Shown one piece after another: positions 24,030 to 36,540 of a stretch of DNA of 64,000 nucleotides. Location of the stretch: assembly GCF_000143415.4 (NCBI RefSeq), contig NW_003314356.1, positions 248,001-312,000 on the forward strand, read 5' to 3'. Position 1 is the first letter of the stretch. Each line of letters begins with the position of its first letter. The DNA is from Selaginella moellendorffii. Lineage: Eukaryota > Plantae > Lycopodiophyta. The notes beneath the pieces are model-generated. The model worked only from the letters and a program-made list of their open reading frames with translations, ran no database searches and was not told the origin of the DNA. The translations under genes and the position numbers were made by a program.

Positions 24030-27000
24030 ATTTGGTATCGGAGCTGTTCCTTAGTCCGACTTTTATTGGTGCTCAAGTATATCACCACTAGTGTTGGCAT
24101 CGGAAGGTCCGAGGAGTGGGCCTATCCTTGAGGAGTAGCAAGTCGGGAAGACATGGCTCCCCATTACAGTTCATGTCTGAACTTGTAGACGAGGTGGTGG
24201 ATAGAAAAGGGCCAATAATGGAACGACTTTGGGATCTTGGGAACAGTGCAAGGTTTTCCTCATTGAGTTGACGATGTGATCCGGATGAGCATTTGTCTCA
24301 GCAAATTGGCTAAGGTTGTTGTGGTAAACAACTAAAGTTGGGATCACGGGAAAGATAGAGACTCCAAAACAATAAAGGAGTCACAAGATTATCCTCATAT
24401 AGTTGAGGTTGGTGCTCATGAATGTGAGACCAGAGGTAATGACCGTGGGAGGTCAAATACGGAAGAGGACTCAAGTCCTTGAAATGGTAGCCGGGGCTAC
24501 CTTTAATAAATGCTGGAACAACCCAAGGAGTTGGGGGGTGTACTTAGAGATGAGTGGTATTCTCATCGCATGGACAAGTAGTCCTAAGGGGCAAAAGTTG
24601 CCTCCAGAGAACAAAATCAAGTGTCGGAGTAACACTTGTGAAAATAGTCCTTTTGAGTAGGACAGGAATGCAAGAAGTGTATTCTAGTGAGCTAGTGCCT
24701 CACAAGTAGGACCTTACGGGTCTGTGGATTAACCAAGTCCAAAACTGCTGGATGACTCAAGTAGAGTCAACGGATGGTCCTAAAAGGACTGATGGAAGCA
24801 TTTGGACTGTGGTTTGTTGTACCCCACAAAGGATGGGGGGGGGGATCATAGGATCCAAGGATGAGAACAGAGGGTATCTCATCGATGGCAAAATGTGCCA
24901 TGCTAAAGTTATGGGAAAAGGTGTTCCCAGAAGAAAACAACTTTGACATAAAGTTGTGTGTGACCTCTATGGTGCAGTGCCAACGGATGGTTGGCATGAG
25001 AAAGAGCGGTGTTGGTCTTGGCAAAGACTTAGACACGAAGGGGAAATGTCATAGAGGTAGGCTCGTGGAGCCGATGGTGTGGAGACACCAAATGTGCCAA
25101 GGTGTGATACCTTGAGGCTATGTTGGTGGGTTCATGAGAACCCCTTGCCAAAGGAATCCCAATGGAAATGGGAATGGCATAGCCTAAGCTGTAGAGCATG
25201 CAGTTGGAGTGTGGTGACCCAGATAATGATGGAGGTGTGAAAGCACCAAAACAATGAGTTGTAGGACTGGACAACCATGAGGCAACTAAGCAAGAGGTGC
25301 AAAATAACTGGTTGAACGGGTAGAAGGTAGCTACCCAAGACTTCTTAATAGCATAGGGAAGTCGATACACCCTTACGGGAGATAAGTTGCTTGTGTTGCG
25401 ATATAGTAAGTCAATGTCATATAAGGAAATACTCATTGTCAAAAAAGCCATCATTGGGACACCCGAACACTCTAGAACGCCAAAAGGTGGTGTTTGATGT
25501 CGCGAGGGCAATGGATAAAGCCCAAGGGACTAAGTCCCTAGCGAATGATGGATAGAAGATGCTATCCTAATGTCCAAGGTTGCGGAGACAGGAGAGGACT
25601 GTCTACCCGAGTTGGACAAAGCCAAAAATGGAATTTTGGCAAGGCTAGTGATGGGCATGGAAAGGCCCATAAGCAACAATGTAATCCCAGTGTGTGGGAT
25701 TATAAGGTGAGCATACCCGGATTGAGGAACCACTCCCTGGGCTATTGGGTAGGTTCATCCCTAAGAATACTTGCTAAGGCATGATAGAAAGTGCAAAGCT
25801 ATCCTCCTGGTCTGGAGGAAGATAACCAAAGGAAACATATGGGGCCAAAAGGCAAGTAGCATTGGGATGGAACTGAACCATAGAAATCGAAGGGCATAAC
25901 CAAGGTTGGTTATGCCAGCTGGGAGTGGAGAATCAAGTGGGGGCTCGAGGGTGTTGCCGCTAGCAACCGTGATGCTATGGAGAGTCTAAAATATGGAATT
26001 GTCCATGTTAGACTATGTGGCAATTGGAAGGCTTGCAAAAAGGGAGGCCTTAGCAAGCTGAGGGACAGAGTTCCTTCAAGGTTCCCAAAGACGATTCTAG
26101 GTAGCGTAGTACCTAGAAAGGCCAAGTGTAAATGGTTCATGGAACGCGCGAAATCAGAGTGGCGCAGCAGAAGCGTGGTCTTGAAGCATGCCATGAGGCA
26201 AGGCTATCAAGGTTAGGGAAGTAGTTCCCGAGTGTTCAAGGAGAGGGCTTTGAACGAAAGTCGATGGTCAAGGACTTTCACGCTTATGCAGGAACCATGT
26301 TACAGTGGTCGGAGGACTTGCCAAGCGAGATTGGCACGTCGGGGGAACAAATACCCTAGTTGAAGGTGATAACTTCAAAAAGGGTGGGCCATGGGGCCGA
26401 GCATGGAGGAGTCCATGCATGATCACAAACATGTCAAGTGAGAGGACTTGGCAGTGTGGAGGAACTAGGTTCCTAAGCTGTGATCTGTAGCGCGCTTTAA
26501 AAATAAGTTGGTGCACCGGCGTGGGGAGTCACGCCAGGCATCTTGTGTGATGCCGTCCGTAGATGCATATACGGAGGTTGGGTTCGAGTCCCGACCCTCT
26601 AGTGCTTGGGTTCGAGTCCCAAATCACTAGGGCGTGGTGATGGTTTGGAATATGAGGACACTCATATTTCGGTGGTCATGGACTCTCAGTGGGGAGACTG
26701 GTTTGGGCACACCGCCAAGCGAGGGATGCCTCGGAGTCGTGATGCACGGTTAGATTGCTTAGTGTGAAAGCTTAGCATATCTAACTTGAACGCTTTGGTG
26801 CAAGTGGCACCAAGGTCGTGGTGAGTGAGATGGGGACACCTAATCTCAGTTGCTATGAACCCTTGGCCATAAGGGCTGGCTTGGGTGCACCGCCAAGTGT
26901 GGGGGATGCCCCCGGGGTTATAGTCAACAACTTGGAGGTCTAGAAGACCAAGTACTTCTTGGCAACTCTGTTAAGGTGCCAAGGTGAGATCACTAGGTGA

Positions 27001-27942
27001 TCTTATGGCCAGATAAGGACAAGGTCCTTGGTTGGCTAAGGAATGAAGTTCCTGGTTCAAAATGTTGAAATTGAACTGTTTAAGGTGGTGTGGCTTGGTC
27101 GTGATAACCAAGTGGGAAGAGCACCTAAGGGAAATAAACTATGTCCGTGCGATGGCATAGTGAGTCCGAGGAAAGTAGTCTCTATAAAAGACCCATGGGA
27201 GGGTCACGAAGTTGGGCCGTGGATAGAGCCCATAGCAGAAGATGCTAAAGAGACGTACTAGGGGTGAACATCCTCCGGACTTGGCAAAGAAGAGTCTTTG
27301 CTATGGAACCGAAACAATACCTCAAGAAGGGAGGTAGAGATTCGATGTTGCTTGGTGCAACAATCAACGGATAGGAGCAAAAGATGAGTGGCCAAGATAG
27401 GGCCGTGGAATCCCTTGGAAGGAATCCAAGTGACAAAGTTAGGCGAGGAACACTAATGTGTTGGACGCTAACAAGTTGCGGGAAAGGAAGTGTGTTTCCA
27501 AGGAGGGATTCCGAAATGCTCCGATTTGGCGAAAGTGGAAGCTCCAAGGGAGGGAGCGGTAAGGTAGCCAAATGATAGGGCCATGAACAGCCCTAGCACA
27601 AAGTATGATAACTGGAACTTTGGCACGAAATAGAAGAGAGGATGATGGTGCCCTCGAGTAGAGAACTTCCTAGGATGGGAAGTGGAGTTGCACAAAAAGG
27701 TGCAAGGCAAGGTGTCGGAGACACCTAGGAAATTGACTCCTAGAAGTCAAAATTCAAAGTTCAAAAGTGCAAAGGATATATCGATGGAAATCGAGACTAC
27801 TCGAGAAGGAGTAGTGGGATTGACTTAGAGAAGGGTCTCTAAGAGGTTTAGCGAGAACTAAACCAATAAAAGGAGAGAACCACTACATGTGGTCCAATCA
27901 ATCTCTAAGTTGGAGAGACTACCCTCCTTAGAGGATAGGCAA

Positions 27943-28066
27943 GGCATGGTGAGCCTTTGGTGTCAAACCATGGAGGCCTATGCAAAAGGCATGGTGAGCC
28001 TTCAATGTCAAACCATTGACGAATATGGAGAAGGCATGGTGAGCCTTCAATGTCAAACCATTGACA
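27943..28066. repeat. ~45-bp tandem repeat x3 near the 3' end of the internal region (x3 in copies 2-5, x1 in copy 1)
   Basis: GGCATGGTGAGCCTTCAATGTCAAACCATTGAC units. Confidence 0.85.
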
Positions 28067-28250
28067 AATATTGGCTAGGTGCCAAGGATGGAAATGGTAA
28101 CACACGCGAGTGTTACTTTATAAAATGGTTCACCGTTCGATGAGGACATCGAACTTCGTCTATGGGTGGTGGAGTTGTGAGACACAAAATCCCTAGGCCC
28201 CAAAGTAGAGCCGGAAAGGGCGCCATGTGGTAGTGGCCGAAGCGAGAGCC

Positions 28251-28800
28251 CTATGACACATTAGGTGCAGAGGACGACACGGCTGGGGGATTCAGGTCCG
28301 GTGGGACACGACCGGGGCGGAGGTAGGAGTCCCCATGTGGGAGGCACTTGGACATGCTCGATGGGCAATATGGCGAGCGACGGGAGTCCAGGCCCTTTGG
28401 GAAGCACGCAACCGGGCACACTTCGAAGGGACACAGGTCAGAGTATCACAGGTACTGGCAGAGTGGTGGAGACTTACACTGGCGGCAATACGGCTTCACC
28501 ATGCTATCCTCCGGGACAGGGGGAAGCTCGTGAGGCTCGAGGAGTGGCAAAAAGCATGGCTGCCATGTTTTGGTAGAGGAGATCACAAGGAGGTTCGTTG
28601 GAGATGGCGCCCCCCGGAGTCGATCTTGCGATCAGCACGAAGGGGGGACGTGGATCTGGATGACATACGACGGAGACGACCGCAGCCGCTTCTACTGCAG
28701 GCCTAGTCTCACTTTAGATGAGGGAGATCACCACTAGGTAGCATGAGCTTTGGGCAGCATGCCCAATTTTTGTATTAGTCCCTATGGGACATTGGGGAAT
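28251..28800 (+). mobile_element. Second, apparently identical copy of the captured LINE 3' fragment
   Basis: Same sequence and junctions as 21700-22249; identical ORF translations. Confidence 0.9.
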
Positions 28801-30603
28801 TGTGAGACACAAAATCCCTAGGCCCCAAAGTGGAGCCGGAAGGGCGCCACATGGTAGTGGCCGAAGCAAGAGCCAAACGAGCGTAACACGTTTGAACCAA
28901 AAGCTCCGACTTGAAAAGTCAAGAGCGGGAGTGGAACTCCCAACGAAGTGCTCGAGGAACGAGCACGAAGCGAGCAAAAGGCGAGGCTCCAAAAAGGGAC
29001 CCAAAAGGACCAACACATGACACGTGGGAGTGTCCGAGATGGACTCGAGTTGGAGTCCGAAATGGACTCAAGTTGGAGTCCGAAGTGGAGTCCGAGATGG
29101 ACCCGAGTTGGAGTCCGAAGTGGAGTCCGAGATGGACCCGAGATGGAGTCCGAGATGGAGTCCGAAGTGGAGTCCGAGGTGGACCCAAGATGGACCCGAG
29201 TTGGAGTCCGAAGTGGAGTCCGAGATGGACCCGAGATGGAGTCCGAGATGGAGTCCGAAGTGGAGTCCGAGGTGGACCCGAGATGGACCCGAGTTGGAGT
29301 CCGAAGTGGAGTCCGAGATGGACCCGAGATGGAGTCCGAAATGGAGTCCGAGATGGAGTCCGAGATGGACCCGAGATGGAGTCCGAGATGGACCCGAGAT
29401 GGACCCAAGATGGAGTCCGAGATGGAGTCCGAGATGGAGTCCGAAGTTGAGACCGAGACCGGGACCAAGACCGGGACCGAGACCGAGACCGAGATCGGGA
29501 CCGAGACCGAGACCGAGGCCGAGGCCGAGACCGAGCCCGAGCCCGAGTCCGAGTCCGAATCCGAGTCTGAGTCCGAGTCCGAGTCCGAGTCCGAGTCCGG
29601 AGCCTGAGAGGGTGAAAGCCCAAAGCGTTCGTCTCCCAGACCCTGGGGGGTTTGGTGAGCTCCAAAAGTATAGTAGGGGGAGGACTGCAGTGGAGCCAGT
29701 TTGGCCAGGAAAGGCCAGTTTGGCCCAGGAAGGCCGGACCCAGTGTTGGGTGATGAGCTGCCCACTGGGAAGTCCAAGACTAGAGTGAACATGGACCGAC
29801 AAGTGGGGTAGCTTGGTGAAGTGTTCAAGAGCCGGCTCTAGTTCCCCCGGGAGATCGACTGGCCGATGCTCCCAGTCCAAGTGTGGGTGGCACTACCTAC
29901 TTGGACACCTGTCGTGGCTCAACGGAACCTCGCTCTAAGCCCATGGCTAGAGCACCTAAAGGCGAAAGGCGAGGAGAGTACCCAGGTGGCTCGCGTAAGG
30001 CCACGGTGTTCCGAAATGTTGTCCCGAAGGCCTAGACTGTGGAAAGGAAGAGGAACAGTCCTCTGGGGTAGTGACCAAGGACACAGTCGTGTGGTGGGGA
30101 AGTCCCAGAGGACCGTGGGACTTAGTGGTCGGGCCTGTGGGTCTTGATCCAGTGGCAGTGTTGGCAAACACGGCCAGGGGCAGAAAGGGACTTAGTGGGG
30201 ACTGACAGAGGGATATTGGGGAAGGCTATTCCCCTTGTCGGTGGGCATCCTAAGGATGCTAAGGAGTGGATCTGAGACGACCACTCACGGATGGTTTGCC
30301 TAGTCTTGGAGAGCCAAGACTGTGATGCAAGTGGTATTGGACTACCAATGTGGCAAAGGTGATTGGGCATGGCCTTAGTGTAACGGGCTGCTATGTCGGT
30401 GGTACCTTTGAGTGTCGGTCATGGGATCGGACACGTGGAGCACTTGGACCAAGTGCAAATGTTGAGTGGCATGGATGCCATTCTCGGGGCTAGCAAGTCC
30501 CAAGTCCTGGATTGGACTTATGGAGGTGGTGAATGAGACTCCTCCAAGTTGTCAGAGGTGTGGTTAAGTGACTAAAGTAGAATGGAAAATTTAGTCGCTT
30601 ACA
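28801..30603 (+). repeat. Family A LTR (1803 bp)
   Basis: TG...CA termini; PBS follows. Confidence 0.92.
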
Positions 30604-33600
30604 ATTTGGTATCGGAGCTGTTCCTTAGTCCGACTTTTATTGGTGCTCAAGTATATCACCACTAGTGTTGGCATCGGAAGGTCCGAGGAGTGGGCCTATC
30701 CTTGAGGAGTAGCAAGTCGGGAAGACATGGCTCCCCATTACAGTTCATGTCTGAACTTGTAGACGAGGTGGTGGATAGAAAAGGGCCAATAATGGAACGA
30801 CTTTGGGATCTTGGGAACAGTGCAAGGTTTTCCTCATTGAGTTGACGATGTGATCCGGATGAGCATTTGTCTCAGCAAATTGGCTAAGGTTGTTGTGGTA
30901 AACAACTAAAGTTGGGATCACGGGAAAGATAGAGACTCCAAAACAATAAAGGAGTCACAAGATTATCCTCATATAGTTGAGGTTGGTGCTCATGAATGTG
31001 AGACCAGAGGTAATGACCGTGGGAGGTCAAATACGGAAGAGGACTCAAGTCCTTGAAATGGTAGCCGGGGCTACCTTTAATAAATGCTGGAACAACCCAA
31101 GGAGTTGGGGGGTGTACTTAGAGATGAGTGGTATTCTCATCGCATGGACAAGTAGTCCTAAGGGGCAAAAGTTGCCTCCAGAGAACAAAATCAAGTGTCG
31201 GAGTAACACTTGTGAAAATAGTCCTTTTGAGTAGGACAGGAATGCAAGAAGTGTATTCTAGTGAGCTAGTGCCTCACAAGTAGGACCTTACGGGTCTGTG
31301 GATTAACCAAGTCCAAAACTGCTGGATGACTCAAGTAGAGTCAACGGATGGTCCTAAAAGGACTGATGGAAGCATTTGGACTGTGGTTTGTTGTACCCCA
31401 CAAAGGATGGGGGGGGGGATCATAGGATCCAAGGATGAGAACAGAGGGTATCTCATCGATGGCAAAATGTGCCATGCTAAAGTTATGGGAAAAGGTGTTC
31501 CCAGAAGAAAACAACTTTGACATAAAGTTGTGTGTGACCTCTATGGTGCAGTGCCAACGGATGGTTGGCATGAGAAAGAGCGGTGTTGGTCTTGGCAAAG
31601 ACTTAGACACGAAGGGGAAATGTCATAGAGGTAGGCTCGTGGAGCCGATGGTGTGGAGACACCAAATGTGCCAAGGTGTGATACCTTGAGGCTATGTTGG
31701 TGGGTTCATGAGAACCCCTTGCCAAAGGAATCCCAATGGAAATGGGAATGGCATAGCCTAAGCTGTAGAGCATGCAGTTGGAGTGTGGTGACCCAGATAA
31801 TGATGGAGGTGTGAAAGCACCAAAACAATGAGTTGTAGGACTGGACAACCATGAGGCAACTAAGCAAGAGGTGCAAAATAACTGGTTGAACGGGTAGAAG
31901 GTAGCTACCCAAGACTTCTTAATAGCATAGGGAAGTCGATACACCCTTACGGGAGATAAGTTGCTTGTGTTGCGATATAGTAAGTCAATGTCATATAAGG
32001 AAATACTCATTGTCAAAAAAGCCATCATTGGGACACCCGAACACTCTAGAACGCCAAAAGGTGGTGTTTGATGTCGCGAGGGCAATGGATAAAGCCCAAG
32101 GGACTAAGTCCCTAGCGAATGATGGATAGAAGATGCTATCCTAATGTCCAAGGTTGCGGAGACAGGAGAGGACTGTCTACCCGAGTTGGACAAAGCCAAA
32201 AATGGAATTTTGGCAAGGCTAGTGATGGGCATGGAAAGGCCCATAAGCAACAATGTAATCCCAGTGTGTGGGATTATAAGGTGAGCATACCCGGATTGAG
32301 GAACCACTCCCTGGGCTATTGGGTAGGTTCATCCCTAAGAATACTTGCTAAGGCATGATAGAAAGTGCAAAGCTATCCTCCTGGTCTGGAGGAAGATAAC
32401 CAAAGGAAACATATGGGGCCAAAAGGCAAGTAGCATTGGGATGGAACTGAACCATAGAAATCGAAGGGCATAACCAAGGTTGGTTATGCCAGCTGGGAGT
32501 GGAGAATCAAGTGGGGGCTCGAGGGTGTTGCCGCTAGCAACCGTGATGCTATGGAGAGTCTAAAATATGGAATTGTCCATGTTAGACTATGTGGCAATTG
32601 GAAGGCTTGCAAAAAGGGAGGCCTTAGCAAGCTGAGGGACAGAGTTCCTTCAAGGTTCCCAAAGACGATTCTAGGTAGCGTAGTACCTAGAAAGGCCAAG
32701 TGTAAATGGTTCATGGAATGCGCGAAATCAGAGTGGCGCAGCAGAAGCGTGGTCTTGAAGCTTGCCATGAGGCAAGGCTATCAAGGTTAGGGAAGTAGTT
32801 CCCGAGTGTTCAAAGAGAGGGCTTTGAACGAAAGTCGATGGTCAAGGACTTTCACGCTTATGCAGGAACCATGTTACAGTGGTCGGAGGACTTGCCAAGC
32901 GAGATTGGCACGTCGGGGGAACAAATACCCTAGTTGAAGGTGATAACTTCAAAAAGGGTGGGCCATGGGGCCGAGCATGGAGGAGTCCATGCATGATCAC
33001 AAACATGTCAAGTGAGAGGACTTGGCAGTGTGGAGGAACTAGGTTCCTAAGCTGTGATCTGTAGCGCGCTTTAAAAATAAGTTGGTGCACCGGCGTGGGG
33101 AGTCACGCCAGGCATCTTGTGTGATGCCGTCCGTAGATGCATATACGGAGGTTGGGTTCGAGTCCCGACCCTCTAGTGCTTGGGTTCGAGTCCCAAATCA
33201 CTAGGGCGTGGTGATGGTTTGGAATATGAGGACACTCATATTTCGGTGGTCATGGACTCTCAGTGGGGAGACTGGTTTGGGCACACCGCCAAGCGAGGGA
33301 TGCCTCGGAGTCGTGATGCACGGTTAGATTGCTTAGTGTGAAAGCTTAGCATATCTAACTTGAACGCTTTGGTGCAAGTGGCACCAAGGTCGTGGTGAGT
33401 GAGATGGGGACACCTAATCTCAGTTGCTATGAACCCTTGGCCGTAAGGGCTGGCTTAGGTGCACCGCCAAGTGTGGGGGATGCCCCCGGGGTTATAGTCA
33501 ACAACTTGGAGGTCTAGAAGACCAAGTACCTCTTGGCAACTCTGTTAAGGTGCCAAGGTGAGATCACTAGGTGATCTTATGGCCAGATAAGGACAAGGTC

Positions 33601-34749
33601 CTTGGTTGGCTAAGGAACGAAGTTCCTGGTTCAAAATGTTGAAATTGAACTGTTTAAGGTGGTGTGGCTTGGTCGTGATGACCAAGTGGGAAGAGCACCT
33701 AAGGGAAATAAACTATGTCCGTGCGATGGCATAGTGAGTCCGAGGAAAGTAGTCTCTATAAAAGACCCATGGGAGGGTCACGAAGTTGGGCCGTGGATAG
33801 AGCCCATAGCAGAAGATGCTAAAGAGACGTACTAGGGGTGAACATCCTCCGGACTTGGCAAAGAAGAGTCTTTGCTATGGAACCAAAACAATACCTCAAG
33901 AAGGGAGGTAGAGATTCGATGATGCTTGGTGCAACAATCAACGGATAGGAGCAAAAGATGAGTGGCCAAGATAGGGCCGTGGAATCCCTTGGAAGGAATC
34001 CAAGTGACAAAGTTAGGCGAGGAACACTAATGTGTTGGACGCTAACAAGTTGCGGGAAAGGAAGTGTGTTTCCAAGGAGGGATTCCGAATTGCTCCGATT
34101 TGGCGAAAGTGGAAGCTCCAAGGGAGGGAGCGGTAAGGTAGCCAAATGATAGGGCCATGAACAGCCCTAGCACAAAGTATGATAACTGGAACTTTGGCAC
34201 GAAATAGAAGAGAGGATGATGGTGCCCTCGAGTAGAGAACTTCCTAGGATGGGAAGTGGAGTTGCACAAAAAGGTGCAAGGCAAGGTGTCGGAGACACCT
34301 AGGAAATTGACTCCTAGAAGTCAAAATTCAAAGTTCAAAAGTGCAAAGGTTATATCGATGGAAATCGAGACTACTCGAGAAGGAGTAGTGGGATTGAATT
34401 AGAGAAGGGTCTCTAAGAGATTTAGCGAGGACTAAACCAATAAAAGGAGAGAACCTCTACATGTGGTCCAATCAATCTCTAAGTTGGAGAGACTACCCTC
34501 CTTAGAGGATAGGCAAGGCATGGTGAGCCTTTGGTGTCAAACCATGGAGGCCTATGCAAAAGGCATGGTGAGCCTTCAATGTTAAACCATTGACGAATAT
34601 GGAGAAGGCATGGTGAGCCTTCAATGTCAAACCATTGACAAATATTGGCTAGGTGCCAAGGATGGAAATGGTAACACACGCGAGTGTTACTTTATAAAAT
34701 GGTTCACCGTTCGATGAGGACATCGAACTTCGTCTATGGGTGGTGGAGT

Positions 34750-36218
34750 TGTGAGACACAAAATCCCTAGGCCCCAAAGTGGAGCCGGAAGGGCGCCACA
34801 TGGTAGTGGCCGAAGCGAGAGCCAAACGAGCGTAACACGTTTGGACCAAAAGCTCCGACTTGAAAAGTCAAGAGCGGGAGTGGAACTCCCAACGAAGTGC
34901 TCGAGGAACGAGCACGAAGCGAGCAAAAGGCGAGGCTCCAAAAAGGGACCCAAAAGGACCAACACATGACACGTGGGAGTGTCCGAGATGGACTCGAGTT
35001 GGAGTCCGAGATGGACTCAAGTTGGAGTCCGAAGTGGAGTCCGAGATGGACCCGAGTTGGAGTCCGAAGTGGAGTCCGAGATGGACTCGAGTTGGAGTCC
35101 GAAGTGGAGTCCGAGATGGACCCGAGTTGGAGTCCGAAGTGGAGTCCGAGATGGACCCGAGATGGAGTCCGAGATGGAGTCCGAAGTGGAGTCCGAGGTG
35201 GACCCGAGATGGACCCGAGTTGGAGTCCGAAGTGGAGTCCGAGATGGACCCGAGATGGAGTCCGAAATGGAGTCCGAGATGGAGTCCGAGATGGACCCGA
35301 GATGGAGTCCGAGATGGACCCGAGATGGACCCAAGATGGAGTCCGAGATGGAGTCCGAGATGGAGTCCGAAGTTGAGACCGAGACCGGGACCAAGACCGG
35401 GACCGAGACCGAGACCGAGATCGGGACCGAGACCGAGACCGAGGCCGAGGCCGAGACCGAGCCCGAGCCCGAGTCCGAGTCCGAATCCGAGTCTGAGTCC
35501 GAGTCCGAGTCCGAGTCCGAGTCCGGAGCCTGAGAGGGTGAAAGCCCAAAGCGTTCGTCTCCCAGACCCTGGGGGGTTTGGTGAGCTCCAAAAGTATAGT
35601 AGGGGGAGGACTGCAGTGGAGCCAGTTTGGCCAGGAAAGGCCAGTTTGGCCCAGGAAGGCCGGACCCAGTGTTGGGTGATGAGCTGCCCACTGGGAAGTC
35701 CAAGACTAGAGTGAACATGGACCGACAAGTGGGGTAGCTTGGTGAAGTGTTCAAGAGCCGGCTCTAGTTCCCCCGGGAGATCGACTGGCCGATGCTCCCA
35801 GTCCAAGTGTGGGTGGCACTACCTACTTGGACACCTGTCGTGGCTCAACGGAACCTCGCTCTAAGCCCATGGCTAGAGCACCTAAAGGCGAAAGGCGAGG
35901 AGAGTACCCAGGTGGCTCGCGTAAGGCCACGGTGTTCCGAAATGTTGTCCCGAAGGCCTAGACTGTGGAAAGGAAGAGGAACAGTCCTCTGGGGTAGTGA
36001 CCAAGGACACAGTCGTGTGGTGGGGAAGTCCCAGAGGACCGTGGGACTTAGTGGTCGGGCCTGTGGGTCTTGATCCAGTGGCAGTGTTGGCAAACACGGC
36101 CAGGGGCAGAAAGGGACTTAGTGGGGACTGACAGAGGGATATTGGGGAAGGCTATTCCCCTTGTCGGTGGGCATCCTAAGGATGCTAAGGAGTGGATCTG
36201 AGACGACCACTCACGGAT
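34750..36218 (+). repeat. Family A LTR, 3'-truncated
   Basis: Homology ends at ...CTCACGGAT|CAATTAG. Confidence 0.9.
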
Positions 36219-36540
36219 CAATTAGCTGATGCAATAATTGGCATGAATGAGTGTTTGTTAGTCTTGCCATATTCATTTTGTTCTATTGATTATTGCTCAA
36301 GTTCGCTTTGATAGATTCGGATGTTATTTCTTTTGGATGATACATTTACGAGCATTTTGCTTGCCAGTCAATGATACTTTGAGTAAGTTTATTGGCATAC
36401 TGTTTGCCACGTTCGATAGTTAAGTTTCATCATTGAGTTTCCTTGATGATATACTTGCTCTTGAATTTTGTTGGATGGTGATTCCTATGTTTACCAATTA
36501 TGATGATCATGGTGGTTCCTATATTATAATACTAGTTTAT

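Noticed and set aside
24403-27710. Many 60-160 aa ORFs in family A internal regions
   Set aside because: No domain motifs; starts, stops and frames differ between subfamilies.
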